A stretch of DNA of 64,000 nucleotides from Octopus vulgaris (Eukaryota): positions 30,256,001 through 30,320,000 of the forward strand of contig OX597819.1 in NCBI GenBank assembly GCA_951406725.2, given 5' to 3'. The translations under genes and the position numbers were made by a program. The number at the start of each line of letters is the position of its first letter. Within the stretch, counting starts at the first letter, position 1. A model generated the notes under the pieces. The model was given only the letters and a program-made list of their open reading frames with translations. It searched no databases and was not told the DNA's origin. This document shows positions 1 to 13,184 of this stretch, piece after piece.

Positions 1-229
1 CCTGGCGGCACTTATCTCGTCGGTAACCTCTTGCTGCTGTGTCCTCATTAACAGAGTTCTACACAACACAATTGAGTCAACTGTGTGATTGAGGAACGCG
101 AGGCAGCCTACGCGACATAGAGTCATCTCGGCCTGCGCCCCGCTAACGTCCATCCCTCTCTCTCCTCTGAGGACGTCCAGTCCCCTTAAAAGTAATGAGA
201 CGCCATCTAATGTAGCATGAGCGCTGACG

Positions 230-610
230 AGCTAATGCGTCGACTTGACCAGCACTGTCTGGCATGTTTCCGCTCAGCTGCCGAGCCTCGCAGATGAGCC
301 AGGCTCAATACAGTGTCGTCACTCACAACTGTACTCAAATTAATAGCGACTACCTATTTATTGGCGTTTCCCTGAAGCTTGATCTCCAGATCTGTGAGCC
401 ACGTGAATGCCGCTGCGGAACCACAGTGGATTATTTCGGCCTCCACCGTCACAGTGCTCCGCCTTCCACGTCATATCGCCTTTAACATGATCGTAAAGCA
501 CGGCCTAGACATCGCAGGCTTCCCTTTCCAGCCCGAGCAAGACGATAAAAGGTCGTACAGTATGACAATTTTCCCGTTCTGTGATGGTAGCCCACTCATT
601 TGGGGTGAGC
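230..610 (+). mobile_element. Degenerate C-terminal fragment of a CRE-like non-LTR retrotransposon (Zn knuckle plus restriction-like endonuclease)
   Basis: Two overlapping frames give ICEPRECRCGTTVDYFGLH and RHIAFNMIVKHGLDIAGFP...DDKRSYSMTIFPF...PLIW, matching the CxC...H, RH...N and RPDG motifs of CRE-type elements; frameshifted. Confidence 0.65.
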
Positions 611-938
611 AAATAGCAATTAATAAATTGTGTGAACTTGAAGACTCAGTTAATAAAAACAATATCCGTGGTGTAATGTTACAAGAAAGAGATAATTTTA
701 TAATTAAAGCAGTAAATTAAAAATTAAATTACCTTTTTGCTCGTAGATATGACCAGCGGACCAAAGGACTTCGGTGTCAAATGAAGTTTAGGGAGTGGCA
801 CTATATGTGAATGCATGTTTGTGAATGTGTGTGTGTGTGTGTGTGAGTGTATGTGTGTGTGTGCGTGCGTGTGTGTGTGTTTTAATCGCAAGTACAAAAA
901 TCAGAAATTGATGTTTCATCGCAGGATCAAATAACTTA

Positions 939-968
939 TATCTATCTATCTATCTGTCTATCTATCTG

Positions 969-1030
<62 letters not shown>

Positions 1031-1054
1031 CATCTATCTACCTATCTATCTATC
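939..1054. repeat. (TATC)n microsatellite
   Basis: Directly visible tetranucleotide array. Confidence 0.95.
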
Positions 1055-1399
1055 TGCTTTTATGTAGATAGCCATTTAGATACATGTGTGGTTTGGTGGT
1101 TAGGGTGTTGCACTCATGATTGTGAGATTGTGATTTCGATTCTTGGACCGTGTGACACGTTAATTTCTTGAACAAAACTCTTCATTTTACATTGCTCCAG
1201 TCCACTCAGCTGGCAAAAAAAAAAGTAATGCTGCTCTGGAATACCTCTTGTTCGAGCTAAATTTGACGATTTTTATGTCCCTTTCTTTTAGGAACCACTT
1301 GATGTATTGGTGAACAGTCAATAGCGTTGGAAAGCATAAAGATTAAGGCCGTACTTCGGAAAAAGTTAGTTGACATAGAGGACAGGAAAGCATTTAAAT

Positions 1400-1960
1400 A
1401 TTGGAAAAGATTTGCCTGTATCATGATGACTCGTGCCGGGTATCAAAATGCCGTCATCATGACTGCTGCTCGATACTCTGTGAACACTGTGAAAGCTGTG
1501 AGACGTGACATAAACAGCAACAACGGTGAGAACGAAGCGTTGGCCAGCAAGAAGGGACACAGCAGGCATTCTGACTGCGACCACACGCCGGATTTTATCC
1601 AACAACCGCAGCATCAGAACCATAGAACCCAATTCAGGCAGCTATAGGAAGCTGCTGGAGACTACAGTCAACCCCTGGCCGAAGAGAGTGGCTGCTGGAA
1701 GCAAGTGGTTATCGGAGAATTTCTACTTCACCAGCCTCTTTTGGCCTCTTAATCATTCCAATTGTAATTGTAATCCCATGGTTTACTATATGTGGGGCGC
1801 GGTTTAGAAATACACCAACCGCTCTACCTGCAACATCAAGGCCGAGCTGGTGGCCAAGATCAAGGAGGTGTTCGAAAATCTTCCAACAGGCACTGTGAGG
1901 GACGCATACGCCATCTTGAGGCCGTGGTCGAAGCTGAGGACGACTACTTTCAGTAAACTG
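1400..1960 (+). mobile_element. Tc1/mariner (IS630-like) transposase relic
   Basis: FWPLNHSNCNCNPMVYYMWGAV resembles the WPxxSPDxNPxDyxxWG motif, followed by a KAELVAKIKEVFENLP C-terminal helix; internally deleted and frameshifted. Confidence 0.7.
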
Positions 1961-1997
1961 TTGTCCCCTTGCCACAATCTAGTTGATATCTTTATAA

Positions 1998-2230
1998 GGC
2001 GGCGAGCTGGCAGAAACTTTAGCACGCCGGGCGAAATGCTTAGTGGTATTTCGTCTGTCGCTACGCTCTGAGTTCAAACTCCGCCGAGGTCGACTTTGCC
2101 TTTCATCCTTTCGGGGTCGATTAAATAAGTACCAGATACGCACTGGGGTCGATATAATCGACTTAATCCGTTTGTCTGTCCTTGTTTGTCCTCTCTGTGT
2201 TTAGCCCCTTGTGGGTAGTAAAGAAATAGA
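1998..2230 (+). mobile_element. tRNA-derived SINE, family A, full length
   Basis: Head GGCGGCGAGCTGGCAGAAAC (A-box-like) and GAGTTCAAACTCC (B-box), core GCCTTTCATCCTTTCGGGGTCGA, tail ...GTAAAGAAATAGA; more than ten related copies in the window. Confidence 0.85.
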
Positions 2231-3070
2231 TATTTTAAATTTTGGCTTAGGTATTGTGTTTTTCCCCCCTTCATACAAACAGTCAAATTTAGTCCGAATA
2301 TCCTGTAAGTATGCCACTAAATCCGGGAAAGCGGCCTTATGAACTTATGACTCGGGGAGGATTTTCATCGTTTTTTATATACATACATGCACAGCAAGGT
2401 TGATATTAACACACTATTTAATAATATAGAATCATCTACGTAGATATACAGACGTCTACATACCAAATAAGGTCTAGAGTTGTGTATTTCTTGCCACTAC
2501 CACAATTATATGTAATTTGAACTAAGGATGGCCTAAGTATTTATAAAATAAATATTATCTTGCCGTTAGCCGGAAACACTTACACTCTATTTAAGTAGTT
2601 AATTACAATGGGGAATTTATTGGTGCACTTCATAGATCTAAAACGTAAGTACTCGCAGCGTTACATTTGTTTGACCGAGGAATATGATTAGGAAACCACT
2701 TTAGAATTACTAGAAAAGCTTTATTCTCTAAATATTTGGAAATTTCATCAAAGATTTTCCCACTCACACATTTCCATTGTTCTGTCTATATCAAGTTTTA
2801 TCTCTTAATCACATGACCTCTTTGTCTGTTTGCTTTTATTATTTATTTTTAATTCAGATACATATTGCCCCTGAGAGTATAAATATGTTTCTTCGTCTGT
2901 GTAGCTGAAAATTTGAGCCTGATGACGCTATAGGGTAAAATGTATAAAACTTTATATTCATAACATTTTGTATTTGAAACATTGAAGTACCTTCTTTCGA
3001 TTCAAGTTACGTTACTGAATATGACTGTAATCCAATGTGATGGAAAATTATCTATAAAGATATCAAATTT

Positions 3071-3139
3071 ATGTGGAAAGTGAATATATTCCAGTTGGAA
3101 ATTCATAAACAAAAAACACTAAGTAAAATAACAAGATGA
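3071..3139 (+). promoter_or_regulatory. Upstream ORF (22 aa, MWKVNIFQLEIHKQKTLSKITR*) whose stop overlaps the GPCR-1 start (ATGA)
   Basis: Read directly; homologous uORFs at 17654 and 26497. Confidence 0.55.
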
Positions 3140-4155
3140 ATAATAGCAATAACAACACAATTGAAGATATTAATAGACAGTATTTTAATATTTTAAAACC
3201 AGCGTTTATTTTCGTCTCTATTTTATTGCCTGTTGGTCTAGTTGGCAATTCTATAGCCTTATACATTTATGGTTTTCGTTTCCAGAAACTACCTGTTCAT
3301 GTTTTCCTAATTTCTTTGGCTGTTTTTGATATGATTGGTTGCATTTTCGGAATACCACTAGAGATGGTCGCATTGTGGTATTCTAAGATGTATCCTAGCA
3401 ACATTCTTTGCAAACTGGAAAAATTCTTTATATTCTACAGCAGCATTACCTCAACTATAACCTTACTCGTGATAGCAGTGGAGAGATATAACAAAGTTTG
3501 CCGCCATAACAAAAAACAGCTTTCGGTTCGAGCAGCTAAAATAATGACTGTGACCATTGGTTTCGGATCCGTCGGATTAGCCTTACCCGGCGCCTTATTC
3601 TTCGAAAAAATGAACGATCCATTTTCGGTCAGTTCGGTCGAAAAGGTTTGCTTTTATAGATATGGGTATGAGAGGCTCCGAAATTATTTTCTGACATCTC
3701 TCGGAATTGACTTACTTATTTTAACAGTAATGTTTTTTTTATATCAACGCATCTGGAAGGTGGCCAAGGAACATTATATACCTACAAACTATACGATAAA
3801 TCTTAATCTTAATAATATGAATGCACGCAATCAAAACACAAGAACCTACGCAAAAATCAGACAAACCAATAAAATTCTTGTATGCATTACATTCTTGTTT
3901 GCTATCAGCTTTATCCCAGGTTTAATACTCGGAATTACTTACCCACTAATTGAAGGTAAACACATTCCAGATGTTGCGGAGTATTTCAGACACGTGGTCA
4001 TTCGAATGTGGATCTTGAATTGTACAATGAACCCTATAGTCTACGGATTATTAAATACTCGCTTCCGTCGGATTGCCAAGAACATATTTTGCAGAATTAT
4101 TTTCAGGAAAACCAATGAAACAGAGAGGGGTGCATCCTCAGATACTTCACGATAA
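3136..4155 (+). CDS. Class A (rhodopsin-like) orphan GPCR, paralog 1, intronless ORF, 339 aa
   Basis: Seven hydrophobic segments; GN (TM1), LAVFD (TM2), C at top of TM3, ERY, FxxxFxP (TM6), NPIVY, and F-R helix 8; N-terminal N-glycosylation sequons. Confidence 0.95.
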   Translation: MNNSNNNTIEDINRQYFNILKPAFIFVSILLPVGLVGNSIALYIYGFRFQKLPVHVFLISLAVFDMIGCIFGIPLEMVALWYSKMYPSNILCKLEKFFIFYSSITSTITLLVIAVERYNKVCRHNKKQLSVRAAKIMTVTIGFGSVGLALPGALFFEKMNDPFSVSSVEKVCFYRYGYERLRNYFLTSLGIDLLILTVMFFLYQRIWKVAKEHYIPTNYTINLNLNNMNARNQNTRTYAKIRQTNKILVCITFLFAISFIPGLILGITYPLIEGKHIPDVAEYFRHVVIRMWILNCTMNPIVYGLLNTRFRRIAKNIFCRIIFRKTNETERGASSDTSR

Positions 4156-4519
4156 ACGGAGAAAATATCGATTTTTCACTAATGAACAGTGAGAATCGGC
4201 TTTATTTTCATTTTAACTACCTGTGTTTTAATATACCATTATCATAGTATCAAACTTATTGAAAACAATTCATGTCACAATGAATGCTGACGAGTGACAA
4301 AACATTTTTGGAATAACTATACATAATGTTTTAGTTTCGAAAAAATTATATAAGTTTCTGTGTACAAATACACGTGTTTATACATACATACATACATACA
4401 TACATAATATAAATAATATATAAATAATATATAAATATATGCATATATGCATATATTTATATATTATTTATATTATTATATGATGGAACGCCACGCATCC
4501 TTTTCCAAGTTTTATCTAC

Positions 4520-4595
4520 ATACATACATACATACATACATACATACATACATACATACACACACACGTGTGTTTGTGTGTGCGTGCGTGCGTGC

Positions 4596-4661
<66 letters not shown>
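4520..4661. repeat. Compound (TACA)n/(TGCG)n/(TG)n microsatellite
   Basis: Directly visible. Confidence 0.95.
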
Positions 4662-4663
<2 letters not shown>

Positions 4664-5012
4664 AGGCGCAACGTCCCAGCGGTAAGGGCAGCGGACACGC
4701 AGTCGTTCGTGGGATCGCGGTTCCGATTCGCAGACCGAGCATTGTGAGTGTTTATTGAGCGAAAACACATAAAGCGCCACCAGGCAGAGGGTGGTGACGA
4801 ACCCTGCTGTACACTTTCTTCCTATTTCTGTTGTATCGGTATTTCGAAGGGCCAGCCCCGTCACACACTGTTACGCTGAATCTCTCTGAGAACTACGTTA
4901 AGGGTACACATGTCTGTAGAGTGCTCAGCCACTTACACGTTAATTTCATGAGCAGTTTTTCCATCGATCGGATCAACTAGAACCCTCGTTGTCATAACCG
5001 ACGGAGTGCCAC

Positions 5013-5013
<1 letters not shown>
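4662..5013 (+). mobile_element. tRNA-derived SINE, family C
   Basis: tRNA-like head (CCCAGCGGTAAGGGC...GGTTCCGATTC); 3' part GAGAACTACGTTAAGGGTACA...CACGTTAATTT is shared with the copy at ~46870-47175. Confidence 0.65.
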
Positions 5014-6190
<1,177 letters not shown>

Positions 6191-7200
6191 CGTTCAGTTT
6201 TATGTATATAGATTAAACAAATGCCTGATACGTAACATATTACAAGGGAGGTAACTACAATTAATTTATAAAATGTGTGAAATTTTAAACGATGTGAATT
6301 TTTATATTTCAAAAATGAATATATTTCTACTTCATTATTCTACCCACTTCAGAAAGTACATGATATGATATTGAAGATGAAGAAGAAAACAAAAATGCAA
6401 ATCTGTATTAAAGGGTTGCAGGAGGACACTGGAAAATTAAACAACGTTTTATCCTTTATTGATACTCGTCATTTCACTAATGGTAATCCGAACAACTATT
6501 GCATATTTCTACATATCTCTACATTCGCGTATTGTTGTAATTGTTGTTTCTGCGATGAAGATTTCTCATCAATGTTATTAGGGCTCCAGTTTTTTACTGT
6601 TAAAATAAGACGGTACAACCACAGGCATTAAGACTTTTAGTAAGGACTAAACTGCAATCATCCCAGGAATACACACTGTGATCTTAAGAGATATGTCACT
6701 TGCAGAGACGCACGTAGCGATGCATTCAATGTTTATAAATACCAAAGATTTTTTTTTTACTATGTATATATGGATATATGGATATATATCCGTGGCCATC
6801 TGGTAGATTACTTTTCATGGATTCATTTCTTCAGGCGATATATAAATATATATGTACCTGCCCTATGAATTGAAATCACGATCTAGCGATCATGAGTGCA
6901 ACATCCTAACCAATAAGCCATGCTCACACACACACACATATATGTATATGCATATGGTATGTATGTATGTTTGTATGTATGTATATATGTATGTATGTAT
7001 GCATGCATGTATGTATGTATGCATGTATGTATGTATGCATGTATGCAGGTATGTATGTATGGGAGGGAAAAGGACTACAAAAGCCAAGGTAGGACGAGTA
7101 TCTCAAGTCAGTTGTAATATTTAATTAGGGTAAGGTGAATTTAAAGTCTAACGGATGACCGAACAGCGAACTAAACCCTTCATGTTCCTCATATATAATA

Positions 7201-7269
<69 letters not shown>

Positions 7270-7379
7270 TTCTTGTGACGTCAACTATATATATATATAT
7301 ATATATATATAGTTGACGTCACAAGAACTTTGGAGAGAACGTGAAGTATTTCTTTTTTGAAACTGGTTCTCAAAGCATA

Positions 7380-7895
7380 TCTATATATATAAAACTGTAG
7401 TTGTGTGAGTGTCTGTCTCCTACGATTTAGATTCCTAACTCCTCCCACATTTTGCGGTGCAGTTTAACCAAATTCGGGTATCTTATAGTCGTGATTAATA
7501 TCGAGCCCGTCTGAGTATTAGCGCGCGTCTACGATGAGTCTACGATTTTAAAAATAATTTAACATCATTTTTTATTCCATTTTAATGCATAATTTTTCGT
7601 GTGTCGATGGCGGCGGAGTTGGCGTCCACGCTCAAACACCTGCACCTGTGTTTGCTTCTCCCCCTTCTTCCCTCCCTCGTGAAGCTGTGGGGAAGGGAGT
7701 TTAAGGAAATCAACGTCGTAATGCGTTGTCAAGGAGACCAGCGTTCTTTTAGAACTACGACTTCATGGCTTGAAGTCACCAAAACAGAAATGGCTAAGAA
7801 AGCCCAAATTGGCATCTATAAAGGAAGTAACTCTCTAAAAATGCTTATATAGTTATTTCCCTTACAAACCCGAGCAACGCCGGGCGATACTGCTA

Positions 7896-7896
<1 letters not shown>
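7380..7896 (+). mobile_element. Non-autonomous Helitron
   Basis: A|TC 5' end, subterminal hairpin CCCGAGCAACGCCGGG, CTAG|T 3' end, no TSD; close copy at 15244. Confidence 0.88.
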
Positions 7897-7935
<39 letters not shown>

Positions 7936-8169
7936 TTTATCTTTTACTTTCTTCAGTTGTTAGGGTAAGCCATGCTGGAGCACCGCCTTGAGGAATTTTA
8001 ATCGAGTTATCGAACCCGGTACTTATGTCCCATTTTCCCTTTTTTTTTAAAGCCTGGTAGTTATTTTATCGGAAAACTTTGCTAAACCGCTTAGTTTCGG
8101 GTACATAAACACTCCAGCACCAGTGGTCAAGCAATGGTGGGAGAGAGAGGGTTTGTGCTCGCAAGCGTC

Positions 8170-8294
<125 letters not shown>

Positions 8295-9754
8295 TGTGTG
8301 TATGTGTTTGTGTGTGTGTGTGTGTATGTGTGTGTGTGTGCGTGTGTGTGTGTACTTATGTATGTAGGTATGTATGTATTCATTTGTTTACACACACAAC
8401 ATATTGAGCAAAAATGCTTTGCCTGTTTCGCTTGGTATATCGATGACTATTAATCGTTGATCTTCTCTTCATGCATCCAATAGCATGATTCTTTGGATAT
8501 GTTCATCGCCAAATGTTTAAACCATATCGTCTTCATGATCTGCAGTATTATCATTTGTAAATTCACGGCTAGCAGCCGATTGTCCAGTGTACACAATAAA
8601 TCATTTCAAACCTGCTGTTTTATTTTTTAAAATTATCTTGAAGGAGAACAAAGTTGTAACATACTGATTAAGAATATTCCTAATTCTTCACCAGTATGTT
8701 TCATTCTGAGTGTTATTCTGACCACTATGATTCTGCTGGAATGCAAACTGACTTTGGTGTAATATAAAATTTATTAAGTTTTTTTTTAAAATGATGTTAG
8801 AAACGAAATTCAAATATACATTCTGAAATAACGTAAGGGAAATAAACGTTAGTCAAAACAAAAAAGTTTCTTAGTTATCTCCCTTACATAACATACCAGC
8901 AGATTCTTGGTCTTTATTTTTGTCTGTAATTTGTTCCGACTCTTAAATATTCCGAGTTTAAATTCCGCCGAGGTTAAGCTTCGTCGTTTATCCTCTCAGA
9001 ATCAATACCATAAAGTACCATTCACATACAGAGACCGACGACTTTGAGTATAGCCCTCCCTTCAAAGCTACTGGTCTTGTTCCTATATCAGAAACCATTA
9101 TTAGTAGAATATTGGGGAATAGACTCAGAGGAATAGTTCGAACATTCAACGAAACATCTCGCGGTATTTTTTCCGGCTTTTTGTACTTCATTTCTGCGGG
9201 ACCGATAAAATAAAGTACCGGTCCAAATAGTGAGGTCAATTTAAACGACTAGCTATTCTTCCAAATTTCTGGCCAAATACCAACGTGAGAACAATTATTG
9301 GCAGAATATTATCTTCTGTCTCATTACGTTCAGGGTTCAAATTCCTCCAATGTCAGTTTTGCCCGTCATGCTTGCACACACACACATGCACATGCATTCG
9401 CCCAAACACACATTTACACACGCACACATTATTCTCTTACACACACATGCTTGCGTAGACAAACTTTAGCCAGGTTACTTCGCCACCCTTGTCCCCAACC
9501 AATTCGACATGTGCAACCGTTGATCCAGACATACTGTTTTCTCTGTCCGACTTTAATTTTTCTTCCTTCCATCTGTTCTCTTTTCTAGTCCCTCTTCGTA
9601 GAAAAATTGAGCCTGGAAACCTCAAAGTCTCTTCCAATTTTCCTGAGTGTCAAAGTAATATACCTTGCTGATGCTACATTACCTGTATCTATCTTTGTTT
9701 TTTGTTTATTGTACAATTTTGTAATATATTTGTAATATAAATATTATATAAATG

Positions 9755-9756
<2 letters not shown>

Positions 9757-9806
<50 letters not shown>

Positions 9807-9877
9807 ATATATATATATATATGTGTGTGTGTGTATATGTATATATATATATATGTATATCTATATATATATATGTG

Positions 9878-9973
<96 letters not shown>

Positions 9974-9995
9974 TATATGTATATATCTATATATG

Positions 9996-10027
<32 letters not shown>

Positions 10028-10187
10028 TATATGTATATGTATATATATATGTATATATATATGTATGTATGTATGTATATATGTATATATCTATATATGT
10101 ATATATATATGTATATATATATATATTTATATATATATATGTATGTATATATATATACGCACACGCGCGCATGCACACACACATATA
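9757..10187. repeat. Degenerate (TA)n/(TATG)n microsatellite
   Basis: Directly visible. Confidence 0.95.
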
Positions 10188-10624
10188 ATTGTCACTAATA
10201 GTAACTGAGGGTGTATGGTAGCACTTACATTGCTAGAAATAACACTCAAAGACCCTTATAACCACAAACATAGCACAAGTCTATGTACTGACAGGGGAGT
10301 TAATCAACACCAGAGAGCAACGAGCCCGCGGCTAGCTTTTTTGTTGTTGACGTATATGTAGTTTCAGAATGCCTTATTTTACAACTATGAGATGTATCGT
10401 TATTGTCATGATTTTACCTTACTATAATCAACAACAAACACATTTCGTCAATATAAAAGTCTTTATTAGATAAAAAAAAAAAATAACATTATCAAAACAT
10501 AAAGGCAAAAAAAAAAAAAAACAAATTGCGGCTTATACACCAGAAAATACGGTAATAGTAGTGGCAGTGACAAGTTCGCTCACTGGTTGCTAGTTGATGG
10601 TGTAGAAGGGAGGGAAAGAGTTAG

Positions 10625-11399
10625 GGATCTATTCCATCTCAATCACAGATTAATTTTTTTTTTTTAACTAAACAGTTTGAAACTTCGAATACTGATAGAA
10701 TTTCTCACGTAGAATACGGATTACTCTGAACGTTTTTGATAAAATTTCGTATTTTAGAAGTTATTTCGTCTTAAAGTTGTCGTATTTGGGCAATTTCAAC
10801 CAATCAACGACGTGTATTCGGTTGAAGAAAGCTACTGTTGTTTGCGATAGTAATCGAAGAGCAACAACTTCCGTGTCATCTCTACTAAATGTCACCACTC
10901 TGTTCTATTCGTACGGCGAGCGATGACGATGTCATCTTTATCCTTTCTTCCTTTCTAGTCAGCACCGTGCATTCCTTACTCTGGATCTATTCCATCTCAA
11001 TCACAGACTTTTTAATTATATTTTTGAACTAAACAGTTTGAAACTTGGAATATACTAGAAAGGAAGAAAGAATAAAGGTGACATCGTCTTCGCTCGACAT
11101 ACGAATAGAACAGAGTGGTGACATTTAGTAGAGATGACATGGACGTTGTTCCTCTTCGATTACTATCGCAAACAGCAGTAGCTTTCTTCAATTGAATACA
11201 CGTCGTTGATTGGTTGAAATTACCCAAATACGACAACTTTAACACGAAATGACTTCTAAAATGACTTCAAATTTCGTCAAAAACGTTCAGAGTAAACCAT
11301 GTTCTACGTGAGAAATTCTCCCAGTATTCGAAGTTTCAAACCATTTAGTTAAAAAAAAAAACTTAATTAAAAAATCTGTGATTGAGATGGAATAAATCC
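10625..11399. mobile_element. Two adjacent inverted copies of a GGATC-ended MITE (10625-10959 truncated; 10983-11399 complete)
   Basis: TIR GGATCTATTCCATCTCAATCACAGA at 10625 and 10983, with its near-complement ending at 11399; the interiors are reverse complements. Confidence 0.8.
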
Positions 11400-11702
11400 T
11401 TCATCAGTTACTAAAGCACTGCAAAACCCAATAAAACCACCACCATCAACGCCATCATACTATCAGCAACATCACTAATGTCATCGCCACCACCTCGCCA
11501 CGAACACCACCACCAGCCCCATATCCATCACCAACAACACTATCCTCAGCACTATCACCACCACTAACATCAACACCACCGCCACCATCAACACCACCAA
11601 CAACGTCAACACCACCACCACAAACGCCAACACCACCACCATTAACGTCAACATCAACACGACCACTAACGCAAACACCACCATCAGCATCAACACTACC
11701 AC

Positions 11703-12307
11703 TACCTATTTCTTTATTACCCACTAGGGGCTAAACATAGAGGGGACAAACAAGGACAGATATAGGTATTAAGTCGATTATATCGACCCCAGTGCGTAAC
11801 TGGTACTTAATTTATCGACCCCGAAAGGATGAAAAGCAAAGTCGACCTCGGCGGAATTTGAACTCAGAACGTAACGGCAGACGAAATACCTATTTCTTTA
11901 TTACCCACTAGGGGCTAAACATAGAGGGGACAAACAAGGACAGACATAGGTATTAAGTCGATTATATCGACCCCAGTGCGTAACTGGTACTTAATTTATC
12001 GACCCCGAAAGGATGAAAAGCAAAGTCGACCTCGGCGGAATTTGAACTCAGAACGTAACGGCAGATGAAATACCTATTTCTTTATTACCCACTAGGGGCT
12101 AAACATAGAGGGGACAAACAAGGACAGACATAGGTATTAAGTCGATTATATCGACCCCAGTGCGTAACTGGTACTTAATTTATCGACCCCGAAAGGATGA
12201 AAAGCAAAGTCGAACTCGGCGGAATTTGAACTCACAACGTAACGGCAGACGAAATACCGCTAAGTATTTCGCTCGGCGTGCTAACGATTCTGCCAGCTCG
12301 CCGCCTT
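11703..12307 (-). mobile_element. SINE family A trimer (one full unit plus two headless 184-bp units)
   Basis: Unit starts at 11703, 11887 and 12071 (period 184), nearly identical; the head is present only at ~12255-12307. Confidence 0.92.
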
Positions 12308-12815
12308 ACACTACCACTACCGTCAACACTAACACCACAAACCTAAACACCACCAACAACTTCATCACTATCATCAACACCAAATGCCCCACCACAATCA
12401 TCATTGTCATTTCTATCAACATTATCAACACCACACACACAACATAAAAAATATCAACGTCATCATCATTTTGCGATCTTCATCCACTTATGGCAAACCT
12501 CTCAAACACTCCCCAGAATCCGCAATCCCACATTATTAAACAAAGGTCTCGCTTCATATCCTGCATCCTTTCCTAGACCATACAGACAATTTCTTTATTA
12601 ACCATCAAGTTGAGAAAAAGAGGGGACGATACGAGGACAGACAAAACAAACATTGGGGTCAGGGTATCGAATGAGACGAAACGTATGAATAAACAAACAA
12701 TTAAATGAGAACGAGTGATTTACAAAAAATGAAGTGGAGGACGCGGTCGACCCCACAAACCACATACTCACACTGAAGACTTTGCTTTCTCCTTTTTATA
12801 TTCTCGTTTAAACAG

Positions 12816-13052
12816 GTTCTTATTTCTTTACTACCCACAAGGGGCTAAACACAGAAGGGACAAACAAGGACAGACAAACGGATTAACTCGATTATATCGA
12901 CCCCAGTGCGTAACTGGTACTTATTTAATCGACCCCGAAAGGATGAAAGGCAAAGTCGACCTCGGCGGAATTTGAACTCAGAACGTAGAGGCAGACGAAA
13001 TCCCGCTAAGCATTTCGCCCGACGTGCTAACATCTCTGCCAGTTCGCCGCCT
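12816..13052 (-). mobile_element. SINE family A, full length, fused downstream of the 5S copy
   Basis: Reverse complement matches the copy at 1998-2230. Confidence 0.9.
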
Positions 13053-13064
13053 TAAGACAGAAAG

Positions 13065-13184
13065 ACGTTTACAGCACCTAGGTTTCCCAAACAGTCACCC
13101 ATCTAAGTACCAACTAGGCTCGACTTTGCTTAACTTCGGTGATCGGACGAGAACCGGTGTTTTCAAAGTGATATGGCCGTAAAC
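13065..13184 (-). rRNA. 5S rRNA copy, full length, probably retroposed
   Basis: Reverse complement GTTTACGGCCATATCACTTTGAAAACACCGGTTCTCGTCCGATCACCGAAGTTAAGC...GGTACTTAGATGGGTGACTGTTTGGGAAACCTAGGTGCTGTAAAC; box A/C internal promoter and terminal helix intact; no T4 terminator. Confidence 0.93.

Noticed and set aside
1998-2090. tRNA genes in SINE heads
   Set aside because: A/B boxes are present, but each continues into SINE core and tail; I could not fold a complete cloverleaf.
7601-7852. 83-aa ORF repeated at 15453-15701
   Set aside because: It lies within non-autonomous Helitron copies and starts at GTG; the similarity reflects the repeat, and no domain was recognised.
11703-12307. Regularly spaced repeats suggestive of a CRISPR array
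   Set aside because: The units are near-identical 184-bp SINE bodies with no unique spacers; eukaryotic context and no cas genes.
13065-13184. 5S copy as part of a functional rDNA array
   Set aside because: Single copy, no T4 terminator, TSD-flanked and inserted in a LINE remnant.
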